Both the position numbers and the translations under genes were made by a program. This document shows, piece after piece, positions 44,519 to 53,762 of a stretch of DNA of 64,000 nt. How positions within the stretch are numbered: the first letter of the stretch is position 1; each line of letters begins with the position of its first letter. The DNA is from a virus (lineage: Duplodnaviria; Caudoviricetes): positions 1 to 64,000 of the IMG/VR virus record IMGVR_UViG_3300037483_000925; one strand, given 5' to 3'. The notes under the pieces are model-generated. The model ran no database searches. It was not told the origin of the DNA and saw only the letters and a list, made by a program, of their open reading frames with translations.

Positions 44519-45154
44519 ATGAATGAATATTACGTCTACATTCTAAGGCGTCCAGACCGAACCGACCAATTCGATCAGGATAAGGGCGAACCATTCTGGG
44601 TGGGCAAGGGGCAGGGTGACAGAATAGATCGGCACCGCCAAGAGGCCGAAAAAACTTATAAAAGACCCGGAGTTAAATCTATCAAAGATAGGATAATCCA
44701 TAAATTATGGGATGCCGGTCTTGACTATACAGAGGATTATTTCATTATCAATTGCTCGGAAGAGGATGCCTTTTTATATGAGGGACAGGTCATAGAAGCA
44801 TATGGCCGAATTGATTTAGGGACTGGCTGCTTAGCCAATAGGACCAACGGCAGCGAGATAATAATCCCTGGTGACGAGCCGTTATCCATCCAAGAACTCC
44901 TCAAACCTCTTCCCCGTATAAACAAAGCATCTCAAGGAACCCCCCATCCACTAAAGGCTTTCTTTAGGAGTCACGGAATCGGCCAAGTACACCTCTGTAA
45001 TTTGTTAAAAATATACGGGCTTCACCAATCATCCCTGTCAAAATGGCTATCCGGAGTAGCGCCTATGCCTCCAGAAATCGAAGAAAGGCTCCAAGCCGTT
45101 GCCGACGCCATCACTATCGAGGAATCAAAAAAAATTAAACACAGGGCAAAATAA
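44519..45154 (+). CDS. GIY-YIG-like endonuclease domain fused to a C-terminal HTH
   Basis: YYVYIL...FWVGKGQGDRI...EEDAFLYE...LANRT; HTH-like QSSLSKWLSG. Confidence 0.75.
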   Translation: MNEYYVYILRRPDRTDQFDQDKGEPFWVGKGQGDRIDRHRQEAEKTYKRPGVKSIKDRIIHKLWDAGLDYTEDYFIINCSEEDAFLYEGQVIEAYGRIDLGTGCLANRTNGSEIIIPGDEPLSIQELLKPLPRINKASQGTPHPLKAFFRSHGIGQVHLCNLLKIYGLHQSSLSKWLSGVAPMPPEIEERLQAVADAITIEESKKIKHRAK

Positions 45155-45157
45155 TTC

Positions 45158-45185
45158 TTGACTTTTCTAATAATTAATATATTAT
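45158..45185 (+). promoter_or_regulatory. sigma70-type early promoter
   Basis: TTGACT-N16-TATTAT, with TATAAT at 45185-45190. Confidence 0.6.
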
Positions 45186-45333
45186 ATAATCAAGATTAAG
45201 GATTAAGGCCCTTTGACAATCGAATAAAGGCTGGCCGGGTGCAACAGAGAGATTAGGGCTCCAGGCACCAAAGGTAAACGGGCAGCAGGCAGCCGGGACA
45301 AGCGCCGCCGGACAAAGACCAAAGGAGAGGAAA

Positions 45334-45615
45334 ATGACACCCCAAGAATTCAACAAGATGGTAGGCAAAGAGGTCACTGACAAAGAGCACAACATCATCC
45401 AGACGGTCTATACCTTCCATCCCGCCATTAACGATGTAGACGGCAAAGGGCAAATCGCCAAGCTGTACCTGGAATTCGGCATGACCATCATCGAGGACAT
45501 GCTGCCCAGGGCAGAAAAGATGATGCTCCTGGAGCGGGAGTTGTTCAAGGCCCAAACGGAGCTGGACCGGATCAAGAACGAGATAGTCAAAAATTCACAG
45601 TGCAAATATTCTTAA
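45334..45615 (+). CDS. hypothetical protein
   Basis: 93 aa, strong RBS. Confidence 0.7.
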   Translation: MTPQEFNKMVGKEVTDKEHNIIQTVYTFHPAINDVDGKGQIAKLYLEFGMTIIEDMLPRAEKMMLLERELFKAQTELDRIKNEIVKNSQCKYS

Positions 45616-45747
45616 TCAACTTTGACCCACACCAAGGCCGGGAGCCCAGGTTGCCGGTCTTGGATGTTGGCCAAAATTACCTTAATGAAGAAGCCACCAA
45701 ATAAAGAACTTCTAACCCCCAACCCAAATTTTAGAGGAGACCAAGCC

Positions 45748-46029
45748 ATGAGCGAGATCGACAACCGGAGCTTCATTCACGTCAGGATGAACCTGTTGAT
45801 CCCCAAGGGGGAGCGGCGGCACTACTCCCTGACCCCCGTCAAGGGCGGCACAATGATCCACAACGGGGCAGACAGCACGGGCAAGCGCCCTCCCCACAGT
45901 CTGCGGAGCCTGTATGAGAAGCTGTCCCAGGACGGGGACACCATCGAGCGGTACACCCTGGCCTGGGATGCCGAGGCCAACGAGATCCGCCTGGGGTTCA
46001 GGCCCCTGGGTCAGGAAGTGTTGAGATGA
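45748..46029 (+). CDS. hypothetical protein
   Basis: Start MSEIDNR with GAGGAG RBS. Confidence 0.6.
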   Translation: MSEIDNRSFIHVRMNLLIPKGERRHYSLTPVKGGTMIHNGADSTGKRPPHSLRSLYEKLSQDGDTIERYTLAWDAEANEIRLGFRPLGQEVLR

Positions 46030-46081
46030 GAACCATCATAACGGACAAGCCACCAGTCAAGCCAGGGCCGAGGGCCGGGAA

Positions 46082-46276
46082 ATGACCCTCTGGAAGGGCA
46101 AGTTCAACTGGTTCGGGGAGGTCCTGGTCCTCCATACCCATGCCCCCACCCGGGCCAGGGCCTTCCTCAACTTCTGCACCCAGGTGGGAAAGAGAGTAGG
46201 ATATTCGGCCTACAGAATCAAGAACCATTTCCGGGACTCGGTCCGTTACGAGCTGGCTGAGATTAAGGAGGATTGA
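46082..46276 (+). CDS. hypothetical protein
   Basis: 64-aa ORF. Confidence 0.5.
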   Translation: MTLWKGKFNWFGEVLVLHTHAPTRARAFLNFCTQVGKRVGYSAYRIKNHFRDSVRYELAEIKED

Positions 46277-46277
46277 G

Positions 46278-46442
46278 ATGAAATACAATGAATTTCTGGT
46301 TGATATGGGGTTAGAAACCATATGCCATCACTGTAACGGGAATGAAAACGGGTGCGGAGAATGTAATGGCCATGGATGGGTTCCAACAGAATTAGGCAAG
46401 GCAATTATCCTACTAATCAAAAGGTGGATAAATATAAAATGA
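46278..46442 (+). CDS. small Zn-finger protein (54 aa)
   Basis: Read manually, CHHCNG...CGECNGHG, AGGAGG RBS. Confidence 0.6.
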   Translation: MKYNEFLVDMGLETICHHCNGNENGCGECNGHGWVPTELGKAIILLIKRWINIK

Positions 46443-46582
46443 GATCCTTCCTCTACAGACTGGCCCGGCTCCTGGGGGATATCAATGCCGTCTCCCGGGG
46501 ATCGGCGGCCATCGGCAGGCGCATCGGGCGCAGGATCGCCGGCAAGGTCACCGGCAGGTTCCTATGGAGGATATTCAGATGA
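46439..46582 (+). CDS. small Arg-rich protein (47 aa)
   Basis: MRSFLYRLARLLGDINAV...; ATGA overlaps. Confidence 0.55.
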   Translation: MRSFLYRLARLLGDINAVSRGSAAIGRRIGRRIAGKVTGRFLWRIFR

Positions 46583-46881
46583 CCAACGCCGAGAGGGGCC
46601 GGGTGATCCAGGAGGCCCAGGCCAAGTTCTACGCCTGGGAGCCGGGGGGGATCGACAATCCGTTCCAGCAGTTCAAGTGCTGGCACATCGAGCCCTATCC
46701 CCGGATGTCGAATGACCGCTGCCGGGCCAGGGCCAAGAAACCGGAGCTCTACGAAGGGGCTGGCTGCTCCCTGGCCTGCCCCCGATGGAAGCACTACCGG
46801 AAATTGTTCAAGAAGGAAGCCAAGGACGATGGAATCATAAGGAGGGCATATCCTCCGGACAGGAGCCAACCCAATGTCTGA
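46579..46881 (+). CDS. hypothetical Cys-containing protein
   Basis: Start MTNAERG with GGAGG RBS. Confidence 0.55.
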   Translation: MTNAERGRVIQEAQAKFYAWEPGGIDNPFQQFKCWHIEPYPRMSNDRCRARAKKPELYEGAGCSLACPRWKHYRKLFKKEAKDDGIIRRAYPPDRSQPNV

Positions 46882-47380
46882 CCACTTCCTGCAATACCAG
46901 AACCTGATCCGGCAGAAGGCCTGGGCCAGGGTCCGGAGCAACCCGGCCCTGGACTTCCAGGAACTCTGTTCCGAGGGGAACTTGGCCTACTGCGAGGCCC
47001 TCCAAACCCATGACCCGGCCAGGGGCCAGTTCTCCACGCACCTGACCTGGAGGCTGAAGCACCGCTTGGGTAGGGCCAATTCCAGGGCCATCGACCAAGA
47101 CAACCATACCACGGCCCTGGATGAGGCCTTCCAGGTCCCGGACCCCTCCTGCTCTCTGGAGGCCGGGAGCTTCCGGGCCGGGGTTGAGGGGCTCGGGGCC
47201 GAGGCCCGGGAGGTGGTGGACCTGATCCTGGGCAGTGCCGGGGAACTGGCCGACTTCACCGCCTCAAGTGTAAAAGCCACCAGGGGCCACATCCGGGACT
47301 ACCTCAAGTCCCTGAAGTGGCCGGGTAGGAAGATTGACGAGGTCATCGGCGAGATCAAGAATATGCTCAGGAATCTGTAG
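46874..47380 (+). CDS. phage sigma-70-like factor (region 2-like)
   Basis: YQNLIRQKAW...DFQELCSEGNLAYCEALQTHDPARGQFSTHL. Confidence 0.75.
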   Translation: MSDHFLQYQNLIRQKAWARVRSNPALDFQELCSEGNLAYCEALQTHDPARGQFSTHLTWRLKHRLGRANSRAIDQDNHTTALDEAFQVPDPSCSLEAGSFRAGVEGLGAEAREVVDLILGSAGELADFTASSVKATRGHIRDYLKSLKWPGRKIDEVIGEIKNMLRNL

Positions 47381-47384
47381 ACTG

Positions 47385-47398
47385 GCTATAATATAGGT
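47385..47398 (+). promoter_or_regulatory. GCTATAATATAGG promoter -10 motif
   Basis: Identical 13-mer at 56788-56800; related copies elsewhere. Confidence 0.6.
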
Positions 47399-47410
47399 AA
47401 AGGAAAACCA

Positions 47411-48838
47411 ATGATCATCACCATCTCCAATAATATCCACCTCCCCATGACTGGAATTCGGCCAGGGGTAGCGCACGAAATCAAGCGGCGGCTCACCTTC
47501 AAAAACCCAGCCTATGGCGAGGCCCTGGGCAGACTCAGGGCCATGGGCAGGGACGGCAGGCCCTACAACATCCCCGAGGAGATCAGGGGCTGGCGAGAAT
47601 CCAATGGCCACCTGATCCTTCCTCGGGGATGTGCCGCCGACATCCAGAACTTGCTGACGGCCATGGATATCGAATACGAAATCCAGAACCGGACCAGGAA
47701 ATTGCCCGAGGTTAATTTCTTATTCTTGAGCTATCTCAGGGCCGCCCAAGAACCAGCCGTAAGCGCTATCCTTTCCCGGAGATTCGGTACCATCTGCTCC
47801 CCCACGGGCTCCGGCAAGACGGTCATGGGCCTGTACTGCATCGCCCAGAGGCGGCAACCGGCCTTGGTAGTGGTCCATACCACCGCCCTGTTAAAACAAT
47901 GGATAGATCGGGCGGTCCAGTTCCTGGGACTGGACCCGGGCAAAATCGGCATCATCGGCCAGGGATCCAGGACCGTGGGCAAGCGGCTGACCGTGGCCCT
48001 GGTCCAAACCCTGAGGAAATGTGCCGCCGACATTGCCCCCAGGATCGGGCACCTGATTGTGGATGAATGCCACCACCAGGCAGCATCCACCTATACCGAA
48101 GCAGTGGCCCCATTTGATGCCGCCTACGCCCTGGGCCTGAGCGCCACCCATAAGCGCAGGGATGGCCTGACCCTGCTCATCTACTGGTACGTGGGGCCTC
48201 TGGTGTATGAGGTGGCCCGGAGCACCCTGGTCAGGGACGGCGACATCATCCAGGTGGAGCCAGTGATCAGGGAGACGGAATTTTCGCCCAGCCCGGAGAT
48301 CGACCCCACCTGGCAGAGGGCAGCGTTGATGAAGGAGCTATGTGAGGATGATAATAGAACAGCTAGAATAGCCAACGACGTTATCATGGAAGTTGTCTCT
48401 GGAGGCTCCTGCATAGTTCTCAGTGACAGAAAATCTCACTGTTATAGAATAGCCGAAATGATAAGCTGGTTTCCGTCTAACAATATTCAGGCTGAAGTCT
48501 GTACAGGGGATACTCCTAAACCGGAGCAGGAGGCCATGATCCAGGCCATGAATGACGGCAGGCTCCAGGTCCTGGTAGCCACGGGCCAGCTCCTGGGCGA
48601 GGGCTTCGACTGCAAGGGGCTGACGGCCCTGTTCCTGGCTACGCCCATCAAGTGGGAAGGCAGGTTAGTCCAGTTTTTGGGAAGAGTGGCAAGAAGTGCA
48701 GAGGGAAAGACAACGGCCAAGGTTTACGACTACGTGGATTCAAAAGTCCCCGTATTAATGAAGGCATACCGCTCCAGGGCCAGGACCTACAAGAAACTGG
48801 CCAAACTGGCCCAGGGGCCGACGCCAAAGGAGAAATGA
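47411..48838 (+). CDS. superfamily 2 (DEAD/DEAH-box) helicase
   Basis: SPTGSGKT, IVDECHH, LSATHKR, LGEGFD, QFLGRVAR. Confidence 0.93.
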   Translation: MIITISNNIHLPMTGIRPGVAHEIKRRLTFKNPAYGEALGRLRAMGRDGRPYNIPEEIRGWRESNGHLILPRGCAADIQNLLTAMDIEYEIQNRTRKLPEVNFLFLSYLRAAQEPAVSAILSRRFGTICSPTGSGKTVMGLYCIAQRRQPALVVVHTTALLKQWIDRAVQFLGLDPGKIGIIGQGSRTVGKRLTVALVQTLRKCAADIAPRIGHLIVDECHHQAASTYTEAVAPFDAAYALGLSATHKRRDGLTLLIYWYVGPLVYEVARSTLVRDGDIIQVEPVIRETEFSPSPEIDPTWQRAALMKELCEDDNRTARIANDVIMEVVSGGSCIVLSDRKSHCYRIAEMISWFPSNNIQAEVCTGDTPKPEQEAMIQAMNDGRLQVLVATGQLLGEGFDCKGLTALFLATPIKWEGRLVQFLGRVARSAEGKTTAKVYDYVDSKVPVLMKAYRSRARTYKKLAKLAQGPTPKEK

Positions 48839-48839
48839 A

Positions 48840-48971
48840 ATGAAGAACTCATGGTCGGATATCCGCAAGGCCCGCCGTGGTCCAGAACATTGGACTGCTG
48901 CCTGGTATATCTGGCTTGGATGGATCACAATCGGAGCCATAATTGGATATGGCTTGGGAAGGGCTTTCTGA
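48840..48971 (+). CDS. small membrane protein (43 aa)
   Basis: Read manually, WYIWLGWITIGAIIGYGLG TM segment. Confidence 0.45.
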   Translation: MKNSWSDIRKARRGPEHWTAAWYIWLGWITIGAIIGYGLGRAF

Positions 48972-49285
48972 TGGTCTTCTATCGGTATGACCAGATCGAA
49001 TTTGAAGACGGTCCACGATTAAGCGAAACGACTTTCGGGCTTATTAAGGAAACCCCCTATGGCTGGTGGATCGGACATAGCCCAGACGAATGTGTCCCTG
49101 TGGGGCCAGGCAAGTGGTGGGTTAGTAAGACAGCCCGTAAACGGTTCGCATACCCCACCAAAAAAGAGGCCTTGGAAAACTTCATGGCCCGTAAGCGCAG
49201 ACAAATCGCAATCCTCAACTACAAACTAGAACGTGCCGCCGAGGCCTGGGATTTGGCCGAAGCAAAACTAAAGGAGCTATCCTGA
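48971..49285 (+). CDS. hypothetical protein
   Basis: Start MVFYRYD, TGATG overlap. Confidence 0.6.
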   Translation: MVFYRYDQIEFEDGPRLSETTFGLIKETPYGWWIGHSPDECVPVGPGKWWVSKTARKRFAYPTKKEALENFMARKRRQIAILNYKLERAAEAWDLAEAKLKELS

Positions 49286-49533
49286 TGGCCACCAAGGAGC
49301 AGGTCCACCTGGCCCTGGCCATCGTCGAGGGCCGGCAGGAGCCGAAGCCTGGACAGGGAGCGATCATGACCATAGTCTGCGGCTGTGATGTATGCAATAG
49401 CCCCAGGGCCATAGTCGACGGCAAGACCAAATCCGGCCTCTGGGCCAACATGTGCACAGCCTGCTTCTCGGAATACGGCGTGGGCATCGGCACGGGCCTG
49501 GGACAGGTACTGATCTGGAAACCGGATGTTTAA
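49285..49533 (+). CDS. small Zn-finger protein
   Basis: CDVC...DGKT...WANMCTACF. Confidence 0.7.
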   Translation: MATKEQVHLALAIVEGRQEPKPGQGAIMTIVCGCDVCNSPRAIVDGKTKSGLWANMCTACFSEYGVGIGTGLGQVLIWKPDV

Positions 49534-50425
49534 TGCTCCCACCTACTTCCGGGACCACAGGATCGGCTTCACGGACCACGGAGCCAAGTCCTCCGTCGGC
49601 TGGATCAACCTCCATTGCCCGTTCTGCCGGTCCCACAAAGAGCATCTCGGATTCAATCTTGAGGAGGGGCATTTCCATTGCTGGAAGTGCGGGTTCCACC
49701 CGGTCGAGGACGTGGTCATGGCCCTGGAAAGGTGCGAGTACCACGAGGCCTGCCGGATCGTTCAGGAGTACGAGGCCGACTTCGAGTACCGACCCCCTCC
49801 AGGTACCCATACCCAGGCCCAGGGCACGCAGGGCCCCCTGGAATGGCCCCCGGGCACCGTCCCCCTCCAGGAAGTCCACAAGAACTACCTGGCCTCCCGG
49901 GGCTTCGACCCGGACTACCTGGAAGCCAAGTACGGGCTCATGGGCACGGTCAATGCCGGACCCTATGCCGCCCGGGTCATGGTCCCCATCATCTGGCAGG
50001 GGCAGATGGTCTCCTACCAGGGGCGGCTCATGGTCAGGGGCGAGCCCAAGTACAAGGCGTGCGTAAAGGACAAGGAACTGATCCACCACAAGCACGTCCT
50101 CTACAACCTGGACAATGCCGGGAACTCGGGGGTGGTGGTGGAGGGCGTGTTCGATGCCTGGCGCCTGGGGGATGGGGCCGTGGCCACGTTCGGGACAAGT
50201 ATGGACCGGTCCTCCCCACAGATCCTGCACCTGGCCGGGAAGTTCAGGAGGGTCTTCGTCATGTTCGACGCCGAGGCCCCGGCCCAGAGGCGGGCCAGGT
50301 GGCTCCGGGACCAACTTTCGGCCCTGGGGGTCGAGGCCGTGAACGTAGCCCTGGACAAGGGCGACCCCGGGGACATGGGGAAGGAGGAGGCCCAGGAAAT
50401 GAAAAGGAGATTATTAAATGCTTGA
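49526..50425 (+). CDS. DNA primase (Zn-finger plus TOPRIM)
   Basis: CPFC...H...CWKCG; VVEGVFDA; VMFDAE; DPGD. Confidence 0.92.
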   Translation: MFNAPTYFRDHRIGFTDHGAKSSVGWINLHCPFCRSHKEHLGFNLEEGHFHCWKCGFHPVEDVVMALERCEYHEACRIVQEYEADFEYRPPPGTHTQAQGTQGPLEWPPGTVPLQEVHKNYLASRGFDPDYLEAKYGLMGTVNAGPYAARVMVPIIWQGQMVSYQGRLMVRGEPKYKACVKDKELIHHKHVLYNLDNAGNSGVVVEGVFDAWRLGDGAVATFGTSMDRSSPQILHLAGKFRRVFVMFDAEAPAQRRARWLRDQLSALGVEAVNVALDKGDPGDMGKEEAQEMKRRLLNA

Positions 50426-50756
50426 CCAGTTGCTGATGGACATGCTCCAGAACAAGGAAAAGGTCCTGGCCCAGATACTGGCTGATGCCGATCAGACCCA
50501 AACCATAATCCAGGGCCTGGGAAAGGTGGTAGATCGCATTGAGGACTCGAGTGAGGCCGATTTGCGTAAACAATTCCAGACCCTGCTCAAGATCACTGCC
50601 CGCCAAAACCAAACGCTGCGGCGCCTCCTGGTAGTGGCCTTCGTCTATATCCAAAGTAATGACTTTGATGGAAGTCTAGGCCAAGCACTCAGTAAGATGG
50701 GACGAGGGAAAGAAGCTCTACAAGCCATGTTTAAAAATAAAATGGGAGGAAAATGA
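50418..50756 (+). CDS. hypothetical helical protein
   Basis: 112-aa ORF. Confidence 0.6.
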   Translation: MLDQLLMDMLQNKEKVLAQILADADQTQTIIQGLGKVVDRIEDSSEADLRKQFQTLLKITARQNQTLRRLLVVAFVYIQSNDFDGSLGQALSKMGRGKEALQAMFKNKMGGK

Positions 50757-51043
50757 TTATGAAGCAACTTATCGGAATCGCATTGCTGCTGTTCTGGCTC
50801 CCAAGCTGCGTGCCGGTGGCCATCATGTACGGGGCTCATAAGCTGAGCGAGGCCAAGACCGAATCGGCCCAGAAGGCCCAGCGCTCAGCCGACCTACGGA
50901 CCTACTCGGAATACCGACTCGGAATGGAGAAGGTGAATCTTGATCGGGAGAAGGCCAAGCTAAAAGTTACCCCAATCATGTCCCAGGAAGAATGGATTTC
51001 TGCCCAGACCGCAGGCCGGCCGGCTATCGCCCCTGCCAAATGA
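50753..51043 (+). CDS. putative lipoprotein
   Basis: Signal peptide and lipobox-like LPSC. Confidence 0.6.
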   Translation: MIMKQLIGIALLLFWLPSCVPVAIMYGAHKLSEAKTESAQKAQRSADLRTYSEYRLGMEKVNLDREKAKLKVTPIMSQEEWISAQTAGRPAIAPAK

Positions 51044-51225
51044 GGCCCAAAAAGTCCAGGCCCCACACCCCGCAGGGGGCCAGGACCGGGGAACGCCGGC
51101 CAACTTACGACAGCTTTGGCCGGATCATAGACCCGGGCTGCCCCCTGTGGGAGATCTGCCTTGAGGACGCAGCCCGGGATAACCGGCCCTGCGTCCCATG
51201 CCGGGTGTGTGATAAGAAAATATAA
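51040..51225 (+). CDS. small Cys-rich protein
   Basis: CPLWEIC...PCVPCRVC; ATGA overlap. Confidence 0.45.
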   Translation: MRPKKSRPHTPQGARTGERRPTYDSFGRIIDPGCPLWEICLEDAARDNRPCVPCRVCDKKI

Positions 51226-51267
51226 TAGTAAAAAATTTATTCATTAGAAAAATTAATAAAAAATATA

Positions 51268-51297
51268 TTAGGTAATTCTTAGGTTTTGGCCTATAAT
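51268..51297 (+). promoter_or_regulatory. putative promoter TTAGGT-N18-TATAAT
   Basis: AT-rich intergenic region; same architecture as 44413-44442. Confidence 0.5.
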
Positions 51298-51411
51298 AAA
51301 ATTACCTTTTTCGGCTAAAGTAATTTCAGTTTTTCCCATCAGCCTGGGGTCCCTGATCAGGCCCCAGGCTCCTACCCCCGAAAGAGGCAAGAAGTCGGAA
51401 AAGGAAACAGA

Positions 51412-52017
51412 ATGTCAAATGTAAGATCATTTCCTATAAAATATTTTCCCATCACTAAAGAAGCAAAAGAACTTGCAGAAGAATACTATGGCGATAGTTA
51501 TCTCGAGCCCTTATCTGCTATAATCCTTTCCTTTATTCAGCTATACAACCTTCCCTGGACAATAACCCAGCTAATCTCCTTAACATTAAAAAACAAAAAA
51601 CTAATAGTTCTTTATATAGAAGATGAAGAGCCAGCGGTTTTGAACTGGTATAGTTTTTCTACCGACCTAAAAGAAATGGCGGCAAGCCATGCGCTTAGCA
51701 GTTTTTTGCTCGAAGAAGATTTTCCCCATTTTGACAGGGAGTTATTTATAAGATATTACAAATATTTGATGGAGATCGAAGAAACAGACTGGTGGGATCT
51801 TATGGAATATGTGCAATTTGCATATCAAGTAAACTTCATGGAATCTGGTATCTTCGAATTAATAAAATCAATGGCCGAGGACGGCCTCCTAACCGACATT
51901 CTGGGGGTAGATCAATGGCTCAAAAAAACATCGATCAAACTGCGACAACAATGGAAGAAACCTCCACTGAAAACACCAAGACCACCAATTATCCAACATG
52001 GTGGCCAAGAAACCTAA
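51412..52017 (+). CDS. hypothetical protein
   Basis: 201-aa AT-rich ORF with RBS. Confidence 0.65.
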   Translation: MSNVRSFPIKYFPITKEAKELAEEYYGDSYLEPLSAIILSFIQLYNLPWTITQLISLTLKNKKLIVLYIEDEEPAVLNWYSFSTDLKEMAASHALSSFLLEEDFPHFDRELFIRYYKYLMEIEETDWWDLMEYVQFAYQVNFMESGIFELIKSMAEDGLLTDILGVDQWLKKTSIKLRQQWKKPPLKTPRPPIIQHGGQET

Positions 52018-53762
52018 AAAACTATCTGGAAAAAGTCAAGCCTCCTCCCTGGGACGACAATACCTTTATCTCCCTCCCCAACGAGATATTGGAAATCAAT
52101 TTAGGGTTACCAGAAAAGATCACCATCGGTGATACCTGGGTATTGATGTTCCTTGCAAGAAAGGCAGCCCAAGACCCAGAATGCAATTGCCGACTATCCA
52201 TCAAGGAAATAAGCGCTGCCATGGGGCCGTCGACCGGCAATGATAATAAACCCCAAGCTCGGGTAATCAGAAGATTAAGGAAATTTGAGCGATGTAAACT
52301 AATAGGGATAGAGCGGGTTCATGGGCAGGGGAGAAAAAATATCATCCAAGTATCCTCTGATCTTATAGAAATAGCTCTCCGGGCTGACAGAAGAGAAACC
52401 AAATCCATTCTAATAGGCCCGGAGATTTTTCTCTTAAATCTCCCCCTCTCAACCAAAACCGCCCTGGGAATCAAAAAGGCCTTGCCAAGAGTGAAGGCCA
52501 CCACCCTAGCAAAGAAACTGAGGATCACATTCCAACAGGCCCAAAACCATCTCAATTTCATCGGACAAACAGACTTCTCTATCCATTCTAAAAACCCCCC
52601 CAAAACTTTAATGAAACCCCCCCAAAACTTTAATGAAACCCCCCCAAAACTTGAAAAAGGTATAGATCAGGGTATAGACCTTGGGTTTAGCTTCAATATC
52701 CTAGGGGATATTGAAGGGGGCTTCGCCCCCCAAGCAATCGAAAACCTTCCCCATATGAAGGAGAGTAATTACATGCAAACTGTCCAGGCTGACCATAGGT
52801 ACCCAACACCAAAAGTAAGACCAAAAGACCTTTATAATAAAGCCTATCCGAAACCCCCCCCCACAGTGAGAATGACACGGGAGATCAAAGACGAATTGGA
52901 GCATGAAATTTTCCAGCACGATTTCATCACCCGGAACAAAAAACCGGATGCCCTGAGAAAATCAGCAAAAGTGGTTCAGGCCCTGAGCAGTCCCGGGGGG
53001 CTGTCGAATATCCTGGACAAAACAGAAATCGACCATATTGTACATACCATGTCTGGGAACAAGATCAAGCCCCTGTCCCCAGACCAAATCATGGGAATCA
53101 TCCAAAAGCAGTTTACAGACACAGAAAGGGTAAGGCTATATGAACTGCTTTCCCTGAATAATTCCCCGGCCTATGGGGGAAGAGGAAGGCAATCTCTATC
53201 AAAAATGGCCTATGACAACAGGGCTAATCCGGGGTGGAGCGATATTGTCTGGGTATGGCTCAGGCCGCCCCAGTTCCAGGGCAAACCCACCATCAAGTGT
53301 CCCCCTGATCTCGAGAGGCCCCTGGCCATCGTCCAGGAGTTCATGCCCCAGGCCAACCGGAACGTCGCCATCAACCTCCTGAAGGAGGCCAAGGTCCACT
53401 ACGACAAGGACATCCTGCCCCTGGAGGAGAGACTCCGGGCCTCGACCGGATTCATTGCCTTCCTGAGGAATTTTTTAAAGTGGGGCTATAATAAGGCAAC
53501 GGAAAGATGGCCCCTGAACCCGGCCTGGCTCAAGACCAATAACGGGTTCTTCCTGGAGTGGGAGGCCGAATACAGGGAGGAGCTCCAGAAGGACGCCGAC
53601 ATCAGGGCGGCCGGTGCCAGGAAGCGGGCCGACGGGGAAAGGCAGGACCTGATGAAGAGGATCATCGATGACCTGGACAACTACGACGAGGAGCACTGCC
53701 GGGAGAGGTACCCGGCCAAGATGGTGGACGAGGCGGTGAGATACATGGAAAGCATGGTGTGA
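51915..53762 (+). CDS. replication initiator-like protein with winged HTH
   Basis: FISLPNEIL...LSIKEISAAMG...LRKFERCKLI HTH; internal iterons; start uncertain (51915 or 51952). Confidence 0.65.
   Translation: MAQKNIDQTATTMEETSTENTKTTNYPTWWPRNLKNYLEKVKPPPWDDNTFISLPNEILEINLGLPEKITIGDTWVLMFLARKAAQDPECNCRLSIKEISAAMGPSTGNDNKPQARVIRRLRKFERCKLIGIERVHGQGRKNIIQVSSDLIEIALRADRRETKSILIGPEIFLLNLPLSTKTALGIKKALPRVKATTLAKKLRITFQQAQNHLNFIGQTDFSIHSKNPPKTLMKPPQNFNETPPKLEKGIDQGIDLGFSFNILGDIEGGFAPQAIENLPHMKESNYMQTVQADHRYPTPKVRPKDLYNKAYPKPPPTVRMTREIKDELEHEIFQHDFITRNKKPDALRKSAKVVQALSSPGGLSNILDKTEIDHIVHTMSGNKIKPLSPDQIMGIIQKQFTDTERVRLYELLSLNNSPAYGGRGRQSLSKMAYDNRANPGWSDIVWVWLRPPQFQGKPTIKCPPDLERPLAIVQEFMPQANRNVAINLLKEAKVHYDKDILPLEERLRASTGFIAFLRNFLKWGYNKATERWPLNPAWLKTNNGFFLEWEAEYREELQKDADIRAAGARKRADGERQDLMKRIIDDLDNYDEEHCRERYPAKMVDEAVRYMESMV
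52592..52652 (+). repeat. 22-bp direct repeats (2.8 copies), probable origin iterons
   Basis: AAACCCCCCCAAAACTTTAATG at 52592 and 52614, partial at 52636. Confidence 0.8.

Noticed and set aside
45200-45333. Possible c-di-GMP/GEMM riboswitch in the early leader (GGTAAAC, GGCAGCCGGG fragments)
   Set aside because: The spacing is too short and I could not build the P2/P3 stems with a GNRA loop; an Infernal search would settle it
52592-52652. CRISPR-like or VNTR interpretation of the 22-bp repeats
   Set aside because: Repeats are contiguous with no spacers, under three copies, inside an initiator-like ORF; no cas genes
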